Shown here piece by piece: positions 14,101 to 25,726 of a stretch of 64,000 nt of DNA (its first letter is position 1; the number at the start of each line of letters is the position of its first letter). Under the pieces are notes generated by a model. It did not search any database and was not told where the DNA came from. It was given only the letters and a program-made list of their open reading frames with translations. The stretch covers positions 49,290,001 to 49,354,000 of the forward strand of contig OX597833.1 in assembly GCA_951406725.2 (NCBI GenBank), in the 5' to 3' direction. Origin of the DNA: Octopus vulgaris. Lineage: Eukaryota. The position numbers were made by a program, and so were the translations under genes.

Positions 14101-14689
14101 TTTACGACAACCACCAAACTGAGCCTCATCAATCTGTATAGGATTTATGCACTGGCTGTGTGGTAAGTAGCTTGCTAACCAACCACATGGTTCCAGGTTC
14201 AGTCCCACTGCGTGGCATCTTGGGCAAGTGTCTTCTGCTATAGCCCCGGGCCGATCAATGCCTTGTGAGTGGATTTGGTAGACGGAAACTGAAAGAAGCC
14301 TGTCGTATATATGTATGTATATATATATAGGTGTGTATGTTTGTGTGTCTGTGTTTGTCCCCCTAGCATTGCTTGACAACCGATACTGGTGTGTTTACGT
14401 CCCCGTCACTTAGCGGTTCGGCAAAAGAGACCGATAAAATAAGTACTGGGCTTACAAAGAATAAGTCCAGGGGGCGATTTGCTCGACTAAAGGCGGTGCT
14501 CCAGCATGGCCGCAGTCAAATGACTGAAACAAGTAAAAGAGTAAAAAAGAGTACACGCTAACACAAGCCAATCATTTGACCCTCGTTTGGTCATATTATC
14601 ACGCTACAAACTTCGACACATATTAAACCAGTCTGTAATAGTATTAGGTGACTTTCCAGTAAAGGTTATTGTATTAATCATCGGGTTTT

Positions 14690-14990
14690 CGTGAATACAC
14701 ACCCAATCTGCTATTGAACGTGCCATTTAAATTAGTATAGTGGAAAAACTGGTTTCCTTCCCGAACTGAGCAGTATGCTTAGCACCCATTTTTCGGACAT
14801 CTCAATATTGACCCGGAATTCTCCCGTTCTATTCCTCTTTCCTTTTTCTTGCATTTGTGTTCCACATTTATGACAAGGAGGTGCATTTCCTACCTGGTCA
14901 ATAACACTGTGCTTGCTCTGAAAGGACATCACTTCATCTTCACTTCAGACTATTTTGTAAAAGTCTGACCAGCGTGGTGATAGTGTGAAC
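14690..14990 (-). pseudogene. Merlin/ISXO2-like transposase N-terminal remnant
   Basis: Minus strand SEDEVMSF...PPCHKCGTQM, then after a frameshift SGSILRCPKNGC*AYCSVREGNQFFH: CxxC...RCxxxxC...SVRxGxxFF zinc-ribbon pattern; contains stops. Confidence 0.5.
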
Positions 14991-15224
14991 AACTAAATTA
15001 ATTACTGAAGGCCGTAAGTTGGCTGTTTGGTTGAGTGCATTGTCATTTACGGAAGGTCGCAAACTGCAAGGTCGATATAATACTATAGTATCACCCAATA
15101 TTTAAATAATCGTTTTTATACAATTCTTAAAAATATTTAATTTTAAGATTTTACAGGATTTTTTTAAAACATCGAATGGCTAGGATGGTCCACCCGAGTA
15201 AAATAGGAATCAAAGGGATCCATT

Positions 15225-15227
<3 letters not shown>

Positions 15228-15279
<52 letters not shown>

Positions 15280-15837
15280 GCCCTGATGCAGTACCAGGCA
15301 GTGGCTCTCATGGCTTCTGATCTTAACTGATTGGAAGTGTTATCATGTACATTGTTTTGTCTTGGTATAAAATATGGGCTACAGCAAATATTCTGCTCAA
15401 TACCACAGATTTGCTTGTCGGTTGCTTGACTATAACCAGTTGAGCATGTCCCTTAGTGGCTGACGATATGTGCATCTCTGATCACGAGCAGAAGTAGTGG
15501 GGGAGCATCATAGCCATGTGTTGAGAGGGATTCTTTAGGGTTTGAATAATTCACCTCTGGAAACATGGGTGGTTCTTTCAACATCCTTAAACAACCCTTA
15601 TTCAGGGACCTTTTGAGCGGGATGGGCTACTCAACCTGAAGAAAATTCTAACTGGGCCCCACCTGCAAGGTCATGTGCTGTTTATCTTGATATCAGATCA
15701 CCATGTCGCGCACATATGGTTGTGATGCATGTGCCTGGTGTACCCTTATCAGACGGGTAGTCATGATGGGTATACTGGGCTTCGTATATTTTACCCCAGT
15801 GTCACTTTGATGGCATGCACTGCTCTCTCACTCACTC

Positions 15838-15908
<71 letters not shown>
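15228..15908. repeat. ~560-bp interspersed element embedded between two (AAT)n tracts
   Basis: (AAT)n at 15227-15277 and 15838-15907 bracket a non-coding segment; a piece of it recurs at 18250-18298. Confidence 0.55.
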
Positions 15909-15911
<3 letters not shown>

Positions 15912-16591
15912 GGTTGAGAAACACTGTGTTAGAAGATTCGTGTTTAAATCCATCTGACCATGTGAGGATAATCAATCATTTGGAAGGATAAACTCAGGAA
16001 TCCGAATTAATTGATGATGATCTTCGGCGGCAACAATTATTTGTCAATAAGAGGATTTGTAGAAAGGTTCGATAAGTTCATATCAATTGAAAGCTTTTAA
16101 TATGGATCACTATCGGTAATTGGCGACCATCCATGAAGTTAATCGATACGTTTGACTTCTATGTATGGGTTTGTAGCGTAGCTGATATCCTCACTGATTG
16201 AGAGATATATTAGAAATGATCTCGTGTTAGATAACAACCATCTTCGGCTATTTGAACCCTGTTGTGTCCACTGCTCTGATTGGTTGGCATTGGCGCAGTT
16301 TGTCTCTTGACATATTTCGCGCCAGTGTGTAAGCCAACCAATCACGGCCTTCAGATATGGTCCCGTGACACTGTTTTTCTTAGTCCTTGTCTGAGCCTAC
16401 CCCAGGATTTATAAGGCGCCAGCATTCACTACTCCAGGTTTTTGGTTCTAGTCCTTTTCAGGACTAACCTCTGACCACAGAGCTACTCAACCAGTTCCAG
16501 TTCTGGCGACAGACGACCAGTCCAGCCAACGACGACGCTAGCATACACCAGCAACGCAGGACGTCTCCATCACCGTCGCCATCATCTCAAC

Positions 16592-17178
16592 CTATTTCTT
16601 TATTACCCACAGGGGGCTAAACACAGAGGGGACAAACAAGGATAGACATAGGTATTAAGTCGATTACATCGACCCCAGTGCGTAACTGGTACTTAATTTA
16701 TCGACCCCGAAAGGATGAAAGGCAAAGTCTACCACGGCGGAATTTGAACTCAGAACGTAGCGGCAGACGAAATACCTATTTCTTTACTACCCACGAGGGG
16801 CTAAACACAGAGAGGACAAACAAGGACAGACATAGGTAATAAGTCGATTACATCGACCCCAGTGCGTAACTGGTACTTAATTTATCGACACCGAAAGGAT
16901 GAAAGGCAAAGTCGACCTCGGCGGAATTTGAACTCAGAACGTAGCGGCAGACGATATACTATTTCTTTACTACCCACAAGGGCTAAACACAGAGAGGACA
17001 AACAAGGAAGACATAGGTAATAAGTCGATCACATCGAAGTGCGTAACTGGTACTTAATTTATCGACACCGAAAGGATGAAAGGCAAAGTCGACCTCGGCG
17101 GAATTTGAACTCACAACGTAACGGCAGACGAAATATCGCTAAGCATTTCGCCCGGCGTGCTAAAGTTTCTGCCAGTTC
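16592..17178 (-). mobile_element. SINE family B head-to-tail trimer within one TSD
   Basis: Three ~180-bp units; gtcgccatcatctcaacc duplicated on both sides. Confidence 0.9.
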
Positions 17179-20100
17179 GTCGCCATCATCTCAACCGTCG
17201 CCATCACCACCGTCGACTTCACCAATACGTATACAGCACTCGCTCAGGTTTATAATTCTGAAGCGCAGTAGCTGCATGGTGTCATGATGTGCAACTAGCT
17301 GTGTACACCAGTTTTCTACTATTATTTCATTTTGCTACGTTTAGCAATCTACACACTGAGCGTGTAAGTGTAGAAGTAACGGCAGAAGTTGAAACTGTAA
17401 GAAGCATTCGCCATAGAGCTGCAGTAGAGCATTCTCTCTTTACTTGTTTCAGTCATTTGACTGCGGCCATGCTGGAGCACCGCCTTTAATCGAGCAAATC
17501 GATCCCGGGACTTATTCTTTGTAAGCCCAGTACTTATTCTATCAGCTTCTTTTGCCGAACCGCTAAGTTACGGGGACGTAAACACACCAGCATCGGTTGT
17601 CAAGCAATGCTAGGGGGACAAACACAGACAAACACACATATATATATATATACATATATACGACAGGCTTCTTTCAGTTTCCGTCTACCAAATCCACTCA
17701 CAAGGCATTGGTCGGCCCGAGGCTATAGCAGAAGACACTTGCCCAAGGTGCAACGCAGTGGGACTGAACCCGGAACCATGTGGTTGGTTAGCAAGCTACT
17801 TACCACACAGCCACTCCTGCGCCTATAGCATTGTGGTGCATCTTTATGCAGGTAATATCACGGTCAGCGACATTGAATATCGAAACAGTGCACTTTTAAA
17901 GATAACGATGAGTTAATGACAGGACCAACTCGAATTACAGTGCGGGTCACTTTAATCACAAAGTTTTTTGAGAGTCGCTTGTATACTGACAGAATTGAAA
18001 GCATTTTGCTTACTCATGCTATTATTACAACAATAAATAAATGACCTTAATAGTTATCGCCAGGCAGTCCAGGAAAATAGGACGAATGCTGTTGGTTAGC
18101 TCCAAGAGGCCATCGCCTCTAGCTAGCTATGTGACACACAAACCTCAACATTAAATATTTTCGTTGCAAAAACAGTATCTTTTTTTTATATACTTTTTAT
18201 TACAACCTTTAATTTTTGACAATTGCAGCGTGGAAGGTGTTTATAAGCTTAAACAATCCTTATTCAGGGACCTTTTGAAGGGGATGGGCTACTCGACCAT
18301 ATTAAAAGCTTTCATGGGTGGTTTATAAACTGTAAAAAGCATTCTCCATAGAGCTGCAGTAGAGCATTCTCTCTTTACTTGTTTCAGTCATTTGACTGCG
18401 GCCATGCTGGAGCACCGCCTTTAGTCGAGCAAATCGATCCCGGGACTTATTCTTTGTAAGCCCAGTACTTATTCTATCGGTCTCTTTTGTAAACACACCA
18501 GCATCGGTTGTCAAGCAATGCTAGGGGGACAAACACAGACAAACACACAAAAGCCGTTCGATTCATTTCAATATTTAAATTTAATTTGTGAAAATATTTT
18601 CGTCGCTTTGAGACCGCGACCTGTTCACTGACAAAGCTTCGTGCTGCATTTAATTTTTGATAAAATTTTTAAAACGTTTGTTTAGATAAATCCATTTCAA
18701 GAAAGTATCAAGCGGGCCGAAAGACAAAAGTCTGCAAGCCTCAGGTTGCCTAGCTCTGATCTAGACCAAATAACAAACTTTTGAATGTAGCTCGGTCCGG
18801 ATTTTTAAGTAGAAAATTAACATTAAAGGTTATTAGAGTTTCAAAGAAGGCGGCGAACTGCTAGAATCGTTCGTACGACGGACAAATGCTTTGAGGTATT
18901 TTTTTTTAAACAGCCCATTCACTGTTCGCTTCCTGTGCATTATTCTATGTACTGTTCATGCACTTTTGGCTGCTTTTTTTCTGATGAGCTGTAGTGCACC
19001 TGAGCACTATATACAATAAATTCATAATCATAATCATCATTATGAAGGCTTAGTGGTTAGGATGTTACACTGATGATTGCTAGATCGTGATTTCAATTCC
19101 TAGACCAGGCGGTGCATTATGTTCTTGAGCAAAACATCTCATCTCACATTGCTCTGCGAACGCTTCGACACCCGACGCGTGGTACACGGTGCACCTGTTC
19201 AAACATGGAAATGAGAACATCTAAGGTTTGAATACCAAGAGTTCCACCCGGAGTAAACTCTATGTGCTTGATGGCGGCAGTCCTGTCAAAAAGCGAGGAT
19301 AATATAAACCCCCTGCAGGCTACCGTCACAGAGAATACATATTGGAATGGACGAACGCCCAACCTGCTACTGCAGGCAGAGCAGAGGATTTTAGAGCAGC
19401 TCCCAGAAATAGTAGAAGTAGGGGAGGAAGTCGAGAGAGATTGAACTAATGTGCAGCACGAACATTTGATCATTAGAAACAAATCGTTTGTGTAGGTCGT
19501 TCGGCAAAAGCCGAACGCTCATATGGTATCTTCGACGGGAGAATCCATCATAAGGTGGCGAGCTGGCAGAAACGCTAGCAAGCCGGGCAAAATGCTTAGC
19601 GGTATTTCGTCTGAGTTCAAATTCCGCCGAGGCCGACTTTGCTTTTTATCCTTTCAGGGTCAATTAAATTATGTACCAGTTGCGTACTGGGGTCGATCTA
19701 ATCGACTGGCTCCCTCCCCCAAAATTTCTGGCCTTGTGCCTAGAGAAGAAAAGAATCAGTAGCACGCCGGGAGAAATGCTTAGCGGTATTTCGTCTGCCG
19801 ATACGTTCTGAGTTTAAATTCCACCGAGGTCGACTTTGCCTTTCATCCTTTCGGGGTCGATAAATTAAGTACCAACAAGGGGCTACACACAGAGAGGACA
19901 AACAAGGACAGGCAAACGGATTTTTGGGTGTCTGGTTTGGACCAGGCCTCAAGATAGAAAAGAATGCAGGGAATTCACTTTCCGAAACATCAGAAATGTT
20001 ATCAAAAATTAAACTTTCAATCTTCCTCGCTTCCTGAAGACACTTCTTTCTTCATTTTGAATCGTCTTTGCTTCTGTATTTCTTTCGGTACCCGTAACTC

Positions 20101-20583
20101 GTGTAAGATTTTACCAGTGAGTGTGTTACATTATAAGGCACAAAAAGAAAATTACTCTCCCCAGACACAACAGAATATGCTTACAAATAGTTTTTATTCC
20201 AATTGTTGGAATTACTTGTCAAAGGGAAATAACTTATTATTGTGATACCAGTAATCTCCCTTCATTCATAATTTAGCGGGAAATAGTATTACGTACGTTA
20301 AAAGAACTTGTGTAAGTTGTTTTCTCATAATTATTATTTCTTTTTAATTGTAAGTCAAGATAACAAACCCAACCTCTGGTTTCTAATTGGTTAAATAGTT
20401 CATCATATTAACAATATAATGATTTGATATCATAGGAACATCGATAACTCTTCTATCTGTCTTAACACAGTTGTATTTGATCGACTGAGGTCTTTTTCCA
20501 ATCTTTTTGTATATATATACAATTTATATTACTTTCTAACTCTGCTTGTGTACGTGTATACACACACACGTGTGTATTTGTGT

Positions 20584-20678
20584 GTAGCGGAGGTAAAGAA
20601 TACGCACGCCACCCGTTTTCGACGTTATCCTAATCCTAACCCTAAACACCTGGTGTGCGTATTCTTTACCTTGGCTAC
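20584..20678. mobile_element. 95-bp inverted-repeat element with internal CCTAAC motifs
   Basis: gtagcggaggtaaagaatacgcacgcca versus tggtgtgcgtattctttaccttggctac (28-bp imperfect IR) around tcctaatcctaaccctaaac. Confidence 0.65.
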
Positions 20679-20731
20679 GTTACGAAGATAAGGAACACAG
20701 AAACAGAACTTCAGGGAAGAGACAACTTTTA

Positions 20732-20929
20732 ACAAATTTGGGCGATCCTTCGGTATAGGTACCGTAAATACCGGAAGTAGCTTTGTTTATATTTCTGAAG
20801 ATAACAGAAACCCTTTTCTCCCACCCCTAACCCTAACACAAACCCTAACCCCCATATATAAAAACCCCCCACTTTCCTGAAATGCATCGGGTACTTCCGG
20901 TACCTATACCGAAGTTAGCCCAAATTTGT
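20732..20929. mobile_element. ~200-bp inverted-repeat element with internal CCCTAA motifs and two CCGGAAGT sites
   Basis: caaatttgggcgatccttcggtataggtaccg versus cggtacctataccgaagttagcccaaatttg; internal ccctaaccctaacacaaaccctaaccc. Confidence 0.7.
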
Positions 20930-21152
20930 ATTAGTTTAATACGTGTATGTATATATATGTTTAGTGCTTTGCCGTTGTCATCTTAATAGTAAAACACTGC
21001 ATACGTATACAATAACTTTGGCAAAAGAGAAAGCTTTTGTAGGTAGCATAAGCTTTCGATAAAATCCGGTCTTTTGACCATGAACAAGTGTGTGTGTGAT
21101 TTAAATACTAATTTTCTGTCTACCCTGTACATTTTGATTAATACACACTCCC

Positions 21153-21183
<31 letters not shown>

Positions 21184-21720
21184 CGCTCACACACACATAA
21201 CGTATATATATTATTCTGTCTGGGAAGAGTCATTCTCTTTTAGTGCCTTAAATGACTGGAAATCGAACCAGTGAGTGTTAAATAATAAGGCACTAAAAGA
21301 GAATGACTTTCCCCAAAGAATCTTGCAAACCAAATACAAAAACGAAATGCATACATACATACATACATGTATGTATGTATGTATGTATGTATGTATGTAT
21401 GTATGTATGTATGTATGTATGTATGTTATGTATGTATGTATGTATGTAATGTATGTTATGTAGATATATTATGTATGTATGTAATGTATGTTATGTATGT
21501 ATGATAGGATTTCTTTCAGTTTCTGCCAACCAAATCCATTTACAATGCTTTGGTCAGCCTGTGGCTATAGAAGAAGATACTTGGCTTAGATGCTGTGATA
21601 TTGAACCTGGTTGGTATGCAAGCTTCTTAACTACACAACCACAATTGTCCATATATTCATAAATATAAAAAAATAATCTTACATGTGGATTGAATGTTTC
21701 TTCATCTGATATATATATAT

Positions 21721-22143
21721 ACTCTTTACTCTTTTACTCTTTTCAGTCATTTGACTGCGGCCATGCTAGAGCACCGCCTTTAGTCAAGCAAATCGACCCC
21801 AGGACTTATTCTTTGTAAGCCCAGTACTTATTCTATTGGTCTCTTTTGCTGAACCGCTAAGTGACGGCGACGTAAACACACCAGCATCGGTTGTCAAGCA
21901 ATGCTTGGGGGACAAACACAGACACACAAACATAGACACACACACACATATATATACATATATATATACATATATAGGACAGGCTTCTTTCAGTTTCCGT
22001 CTACCTAATCCACTCACAAGGCTTTGGTCGGCCCGAGGCTATAGCAGAAGACACTTGCCCAACATGCCACGCAGTGGGACTGAACCCGGAACCATGTGGT
22101 TGGTTAGCAAGATACTTACCACACAGCCACTCCTGCGCCTATA
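21721..22143 (-). mobile_element. SINE family A copy abutting the FANCL acceptor
   Basis: Head ends at ~22143, 8 nt before the polypyrimidine tract. Confidence 0.9.
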
Positions 22144-22150
22144 TTTTTTT

Positions 22151-22170
22151 CTCTTTTTTTTTTTTACTAG
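22151..22170 (+). promoter_or_regulatory. splice acceptor of a 5'-UTR intron of FANCL (implies an unlocated upstream non-coding exon)
   Basis: ctcttttttttttttactag|ggatac immediately upstream of the ATG. Confidence 0.6.
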
Positions 22171-22182
22171 GGATACTGTGTG

Positions 22183-22431
22183 ATGGATTTGTGGGAAGTA
22201 TGTCCGCAGATGGTTTGTATGAACAAAGAAGGCACATTCTACGATGGTTATATCGGTGTTATGAATCAGAATTTCCGCTTGTCTCTCACTCTACCCCCTG
22301 ATGGTTCTCTCCGGGAAGCTGAGCTAAAGTTTCAGCCTGATCTTTACTATCTTTTAATTGAGCACCAACCATTGATCAAACAGCGCCTAAGCCAGTGCCC
22401 AAGTGTTACAGCTTTTCTACAGGAATTGAAG
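22183..22431 (+). CDS. FANCL: FANCL E3 ubiquitin ligase, coding exon 1 (ELF domain, 83 aa)
   Basis: ATG at 22183, 12 nt after a polypyrimidine-AG acceptor (ttttactag, AG 22169-22170). Translation MDLWEVCPQMV...YDGYI...FRLSLTLP...IKQRLSQCPSVTAFLQELK resembles the FANCL N-terminus (human CPLLLP...YEGFI...QQRMQHSPDLMSFMMELK, recalled). Ends at phase-0 donor AAG|GTATGT. Confidence 0.92.
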
Positions 22432-22590
22432 GTATGTTTGAACCATTTTTTTACATGTTACACTAGCTACCTTCATTCATCATCATCATTAAAGCACACA
22501 AAACCATCATGCTGCAGCTAGGACTGGACCTTTGTGGTGTTAGGCTAATTTTGACGAAATCAAATCCTGAACCTGTTATTGATGGGGTTT

Positions 22591-23290
22591 GGCACATAAA
22601 AAGCACCATCCAATCGTAGCTGTTGCCAGCCTCGCCTGGCCTCCGTCCCGGTGGCACGTAAAAAGCACCATCCGATCGTAGCTGTTGCCAGCCTCGCCTG
22701 GCCTCCGTCCCGGTGGCACGTAAAAAGCACCATCCGATCGTAGCTGTTGCCAGCCTCGCCTGGCCTCCGTCCCGGTGGCACGTAAAAAGCACCATCCGAT
22801 CGTAGCTGTTGCCAGCCTCGCCTGGCCTCCGTCCCGGTGGCACGTAAAAAGCACCATCCGATCGTAGCTGTTGCCAGCCTCGCCTGGCCTCCGTCCCGGT
22901 GGCACGCAAAAAGCACCATCCGATCGTAGCTGTTGCCAGCCTCGCCTGGCCTCCGTCCCGGTGGCACGTAAAAAGCACCATCCGATCGTAGCTGTTGCTA
23001 GCCTCGCCTGGCCTCCGTCCCGGTGGCACGCAAAAAGCACCATCCGATCGTAGCTGTTGCCAGCCTCGCCTGGCCTCCGTCCCGGTGGCACGTAAAAAGC
23101 ATCATCCGATCGTAGCTGTTGCCAGCCTCGCCTGGCCTCCGTCCCGGTGGCACGTAAAAAGCACCATCCGATCGTAGCTGTTTCCAGCCTCGCCTGGCCT
23201 CCGTCCCGGTGGCACGTAAAAAGCACCATCCGATCGTGGCCATTTGCCAGCCTCGTCTGGCACCTGTGCCGGTGGCAGGTAAAAAGCACC
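22591..23290 (+). repeat. 62-bp tandem array (~11 near-identical units) in the FANCL intron
   Basis: Unit ggcacgtaaaaagcaccatccgatcgtagctgttgccagcctcgcctggcctccgtcccggt recurs every 62 nt from 22591 to 23211. Confidence 0.95.
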
Positions 23291-23460
23291 CACTACACTC
23301 ATGGAGTGGTTGGCGTTAGGAAGGGCATCCAGCTATAGAAACATTGCCAGATCAGACTGAAGCCTGGTGCAGCCTTCTGGCTTCCCAGACCCCAGTTGCA
23401 CTGTCCAACCCATGCCAGCATGGAAAGTGGATGCTAAACGATGATGAGGATGATGATGAT
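23230..23460 (+). mobile_element. RTE-type SINE or 3'-UTR element contiguous with the 62-bp array
   Basis: ggcgttaggaagggcatccagct...catgccagcatggaaagtggatgctaaac(gat)n tail; older reverse copy at 27250-27420. Confidence 0.65.
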
Positions 23461-23491
23461 CACTTTTAGTTAAGGTAGTCAGAAGCAGATT

Positions 23492-24045
23492 TATTGGGTT
23501 GTCCGGAAAGTTCTTGCCGATTTATAGTAGCTTACCTTTTGACTTATTTTAGAACACGGTTGAGTCAATAAAATAGGATTTGACTACACCTCCATTTAGA
23601 GCACAGTTTAAGCTATCTTTTCATGGAAGAAGGTTTATGTTCCTATAACCTGTGTTAATTCTGTAACCCTTTAAAATGGAAGATGCTTGATGCTTGGGGA
23701 ACCAGACAAAAATTGCTGCAGCTCGGCTGGGATGTGTTACCCCACCTTCCATATTCACTAGATATTGCTCCTTCGGATTTCCACTTATTCAGGTCTCTGC
23801 AGAATAGTCTTAATGGTAAAAATTTCAATTCCTTGGATGACGTAAAAAGATACCTTGATGAGGAATTATTTGCCATGAAACCACCTCAATTCTGGGAAGA
23901 GGGTATTTTCAAGTTAAAGGAAAGATGGAGACGCATTGTGCAACAAAATAGTTCATATTTGGTTGATTAAAAATGTAATGGCAAGTATTTATTGACCTTT
24001 TTCTTTCCTTTAAAAACTGGCACGAACTTTCTGGACAACCCAATA
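23492..24045 (+). mobile_element. internally deleted mariner (~555 bp) in the FANCL intron
   Basis: TIRs tattgggttgtccggaaagttc and gaactttctggacaacccaata; C-terminal motifs LGWDVLPHLPYSLDIAPSDFHLFRSLQNSL...ERWRR. Confidence 0.92.
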
Positions 24046-24411
24046 GTATAGAAGTAATAGAAGTAAAATCATCTGCTGCAGAATCTTGGACCGGGAGCAT
24101 TTTTAGTAACTGAATGATTGTGGTAATGAAATGTGCCACCATTTAATGATTCTGGTACAGGCATTATATTGTGCCTCTTGAACACAGCTGTACTCAGGAG
24201 CAAGTGTGATTTTGGAGCAAAAAAATCATGCTTTTGCTAAAATTTTTTGGGTGCCTCTGTAGTTGTGAATAGACATAGACACATCACATCACCTGATCCT
24301 CCTACCTGTGATCCTGCAGAGCATCGAAGAAGTGACAATCAGAAAGAGAGAGAGAGAGAGCTGTACTAGCACTCAGCTGAGATTCATTTACAGCAGAGTA
24401 AAGTGGGGCAA

Positions 24412-24725
24412 TCTCTATATATATAAACGGCAAAATGTCTGTTTGTGTGTGTGTGTGTGTCCGTGTTCTTTATACAAATCCACAATTTTTCAGTTAGAGG
24501 GCTCGCACTTTCTATGGTCATTCAAAACTGTCCATGGGTGGTCGTGCACATCTTTACATTTCCCCAGTCACCCCGCAAAGCCATTAAAAAAATCAATAGA
24601 AGTGACAAAATGTCTGAAACTTGATACGCCAATTGAATGCCAGCTAGTTGTATGTGATTGGTCGGAGATTTGGACAGTACTCGCGTGTATGTGCACACGC
24701 ATGCAGCTGTATATGCATGCACTAG
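24412..24725 (+). mobile_element. probable non-autonomous Helitron
   Basis: 5' TCTCTATATATATAAA plus (GT)n, ends gcatgcaCTAG. Confidence 0.45.
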
Positions 24726-25316
24726 CATGAATTAAAGGGTCTTTCTTAAAGATACAATACATCACCTAATCCAGGAACTGAGCCCACAACTTTTTTTATT
24801 GTGAAGCCATCATTCTTACCACTAGGTCAAATGTGGGCTCTTTGACTTAGTTTTAAAAAATGCACTATGTAGAGCACTTTGTCAAGGGGCCCAACTTGCA
24901 GCATTTTGAAGATATTCTGTAGCTGGTGACATAAAATACATCTGTGGGGTTTTGAACAATGCCGTGTATACAATAAGTAACAATAACAATAAACAAAATA
25001 AATAATAAAAATTCCCCAAAGGTAGGGAGTTCTTCACAAGGACAACTGAGAAACCCCACACAGTCTGGTTATCCTAACCATCAGATGCACCTCAGTAGGT
25101 GCCTCTCTCCTTCTCAGCTCCTCCAGTTTACAAACCAAAGTTGAGAGTAGGCCCATTCTCGCAGGCCATTCTCACCACATTCACCCAGCTTTCAATAAAT
25201 TTAATGAGAGGCAGAAATTCTCTCTCTACTCTCAATTTGCTTTTAAAGTGGAACTTGAAAAATTCGATGAGGGCTTGGCTGAAGAGATTTGATGTACCAA
25301 GTCTACTAGCTTAAGC

Positions 25317-25726
25317 GGATCTTTTCAGTTTGAACGGCAGTTTTTAACATAATTTCTAGGTAACTAAAAAATTTTAAACTTCGTATACTGGTAAAATGTG
25401 TTTATAAAACATCTTTTTCTCTTGGCTTTATTGAGAAAATTCTATAGTTTGTAAGATATTTGTTGTTTTTTTTTCTTCAATTTCTGCAATTTCAACCAAT
25501 CACTGATGTCTGTTGAGGTAAAAAACATTCCGTGCTGTATGAATATGTCCCTCGTTTAAGAAACAGATTGGGTTTATTTACATATGTGAAGAAAAAAGAT
25601 ACCCTTCCCCTACACCTAACCCTAACACAGATTGAAATGCAATAGATCGGTACTAGGGTCATAATTATGGGTGACAATTTCATATGATACCGCTAGAAAA
25701 AACTGCTGTTCAAACCGAAAAGATAC
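25317..25726. mobile_element. ~410-bp TIR element with internal CCTAAC motif
   Basis: ggatcttttcagtttgaacggcagttttt versus aaaaactgctgttcaaaccgaaaagatac, flanked on both sides by gcttaagc. Deleted, inverted copies at 30462-30785 and 36877-37200. Confidence 0.8.

Noticed and set aside
18981-19020. hammerhead at ctgatgagctgtagtgc; also ctgatga at 2802 and ctgacga at 5453
   Set aside because: No GAAA plus stem III/UH after the putative stem II
19200-19555. possible coding fragment (MCLMAAVLSKSEDNINPLQ...)
   Set aside because: Interrupted by stops and bounded by SINEs; may be a decayed LINE ORF1 but I cannot recognise it
22620-22665. HDV-like ribozyme suggested by ccagcctcgcctggc
   Set aside because: Could not find a matching P1, P2 or the catalytic C-containing J4/2 strand
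22591-23290. CRISPR-like regular array and the overlapping repetitive ORFs
   Set aside because: Units are contiguous and near-identical with no unique spacers; eukaryotic intron; ORFs are by-products of the 62-bp period
23683-23970. active mariner transposase or SETMAR-like gene
   Set aside because: Only the C-terminal ~95 aa remain; DNA-binding domain and first two catalytic Asp regions are deleted
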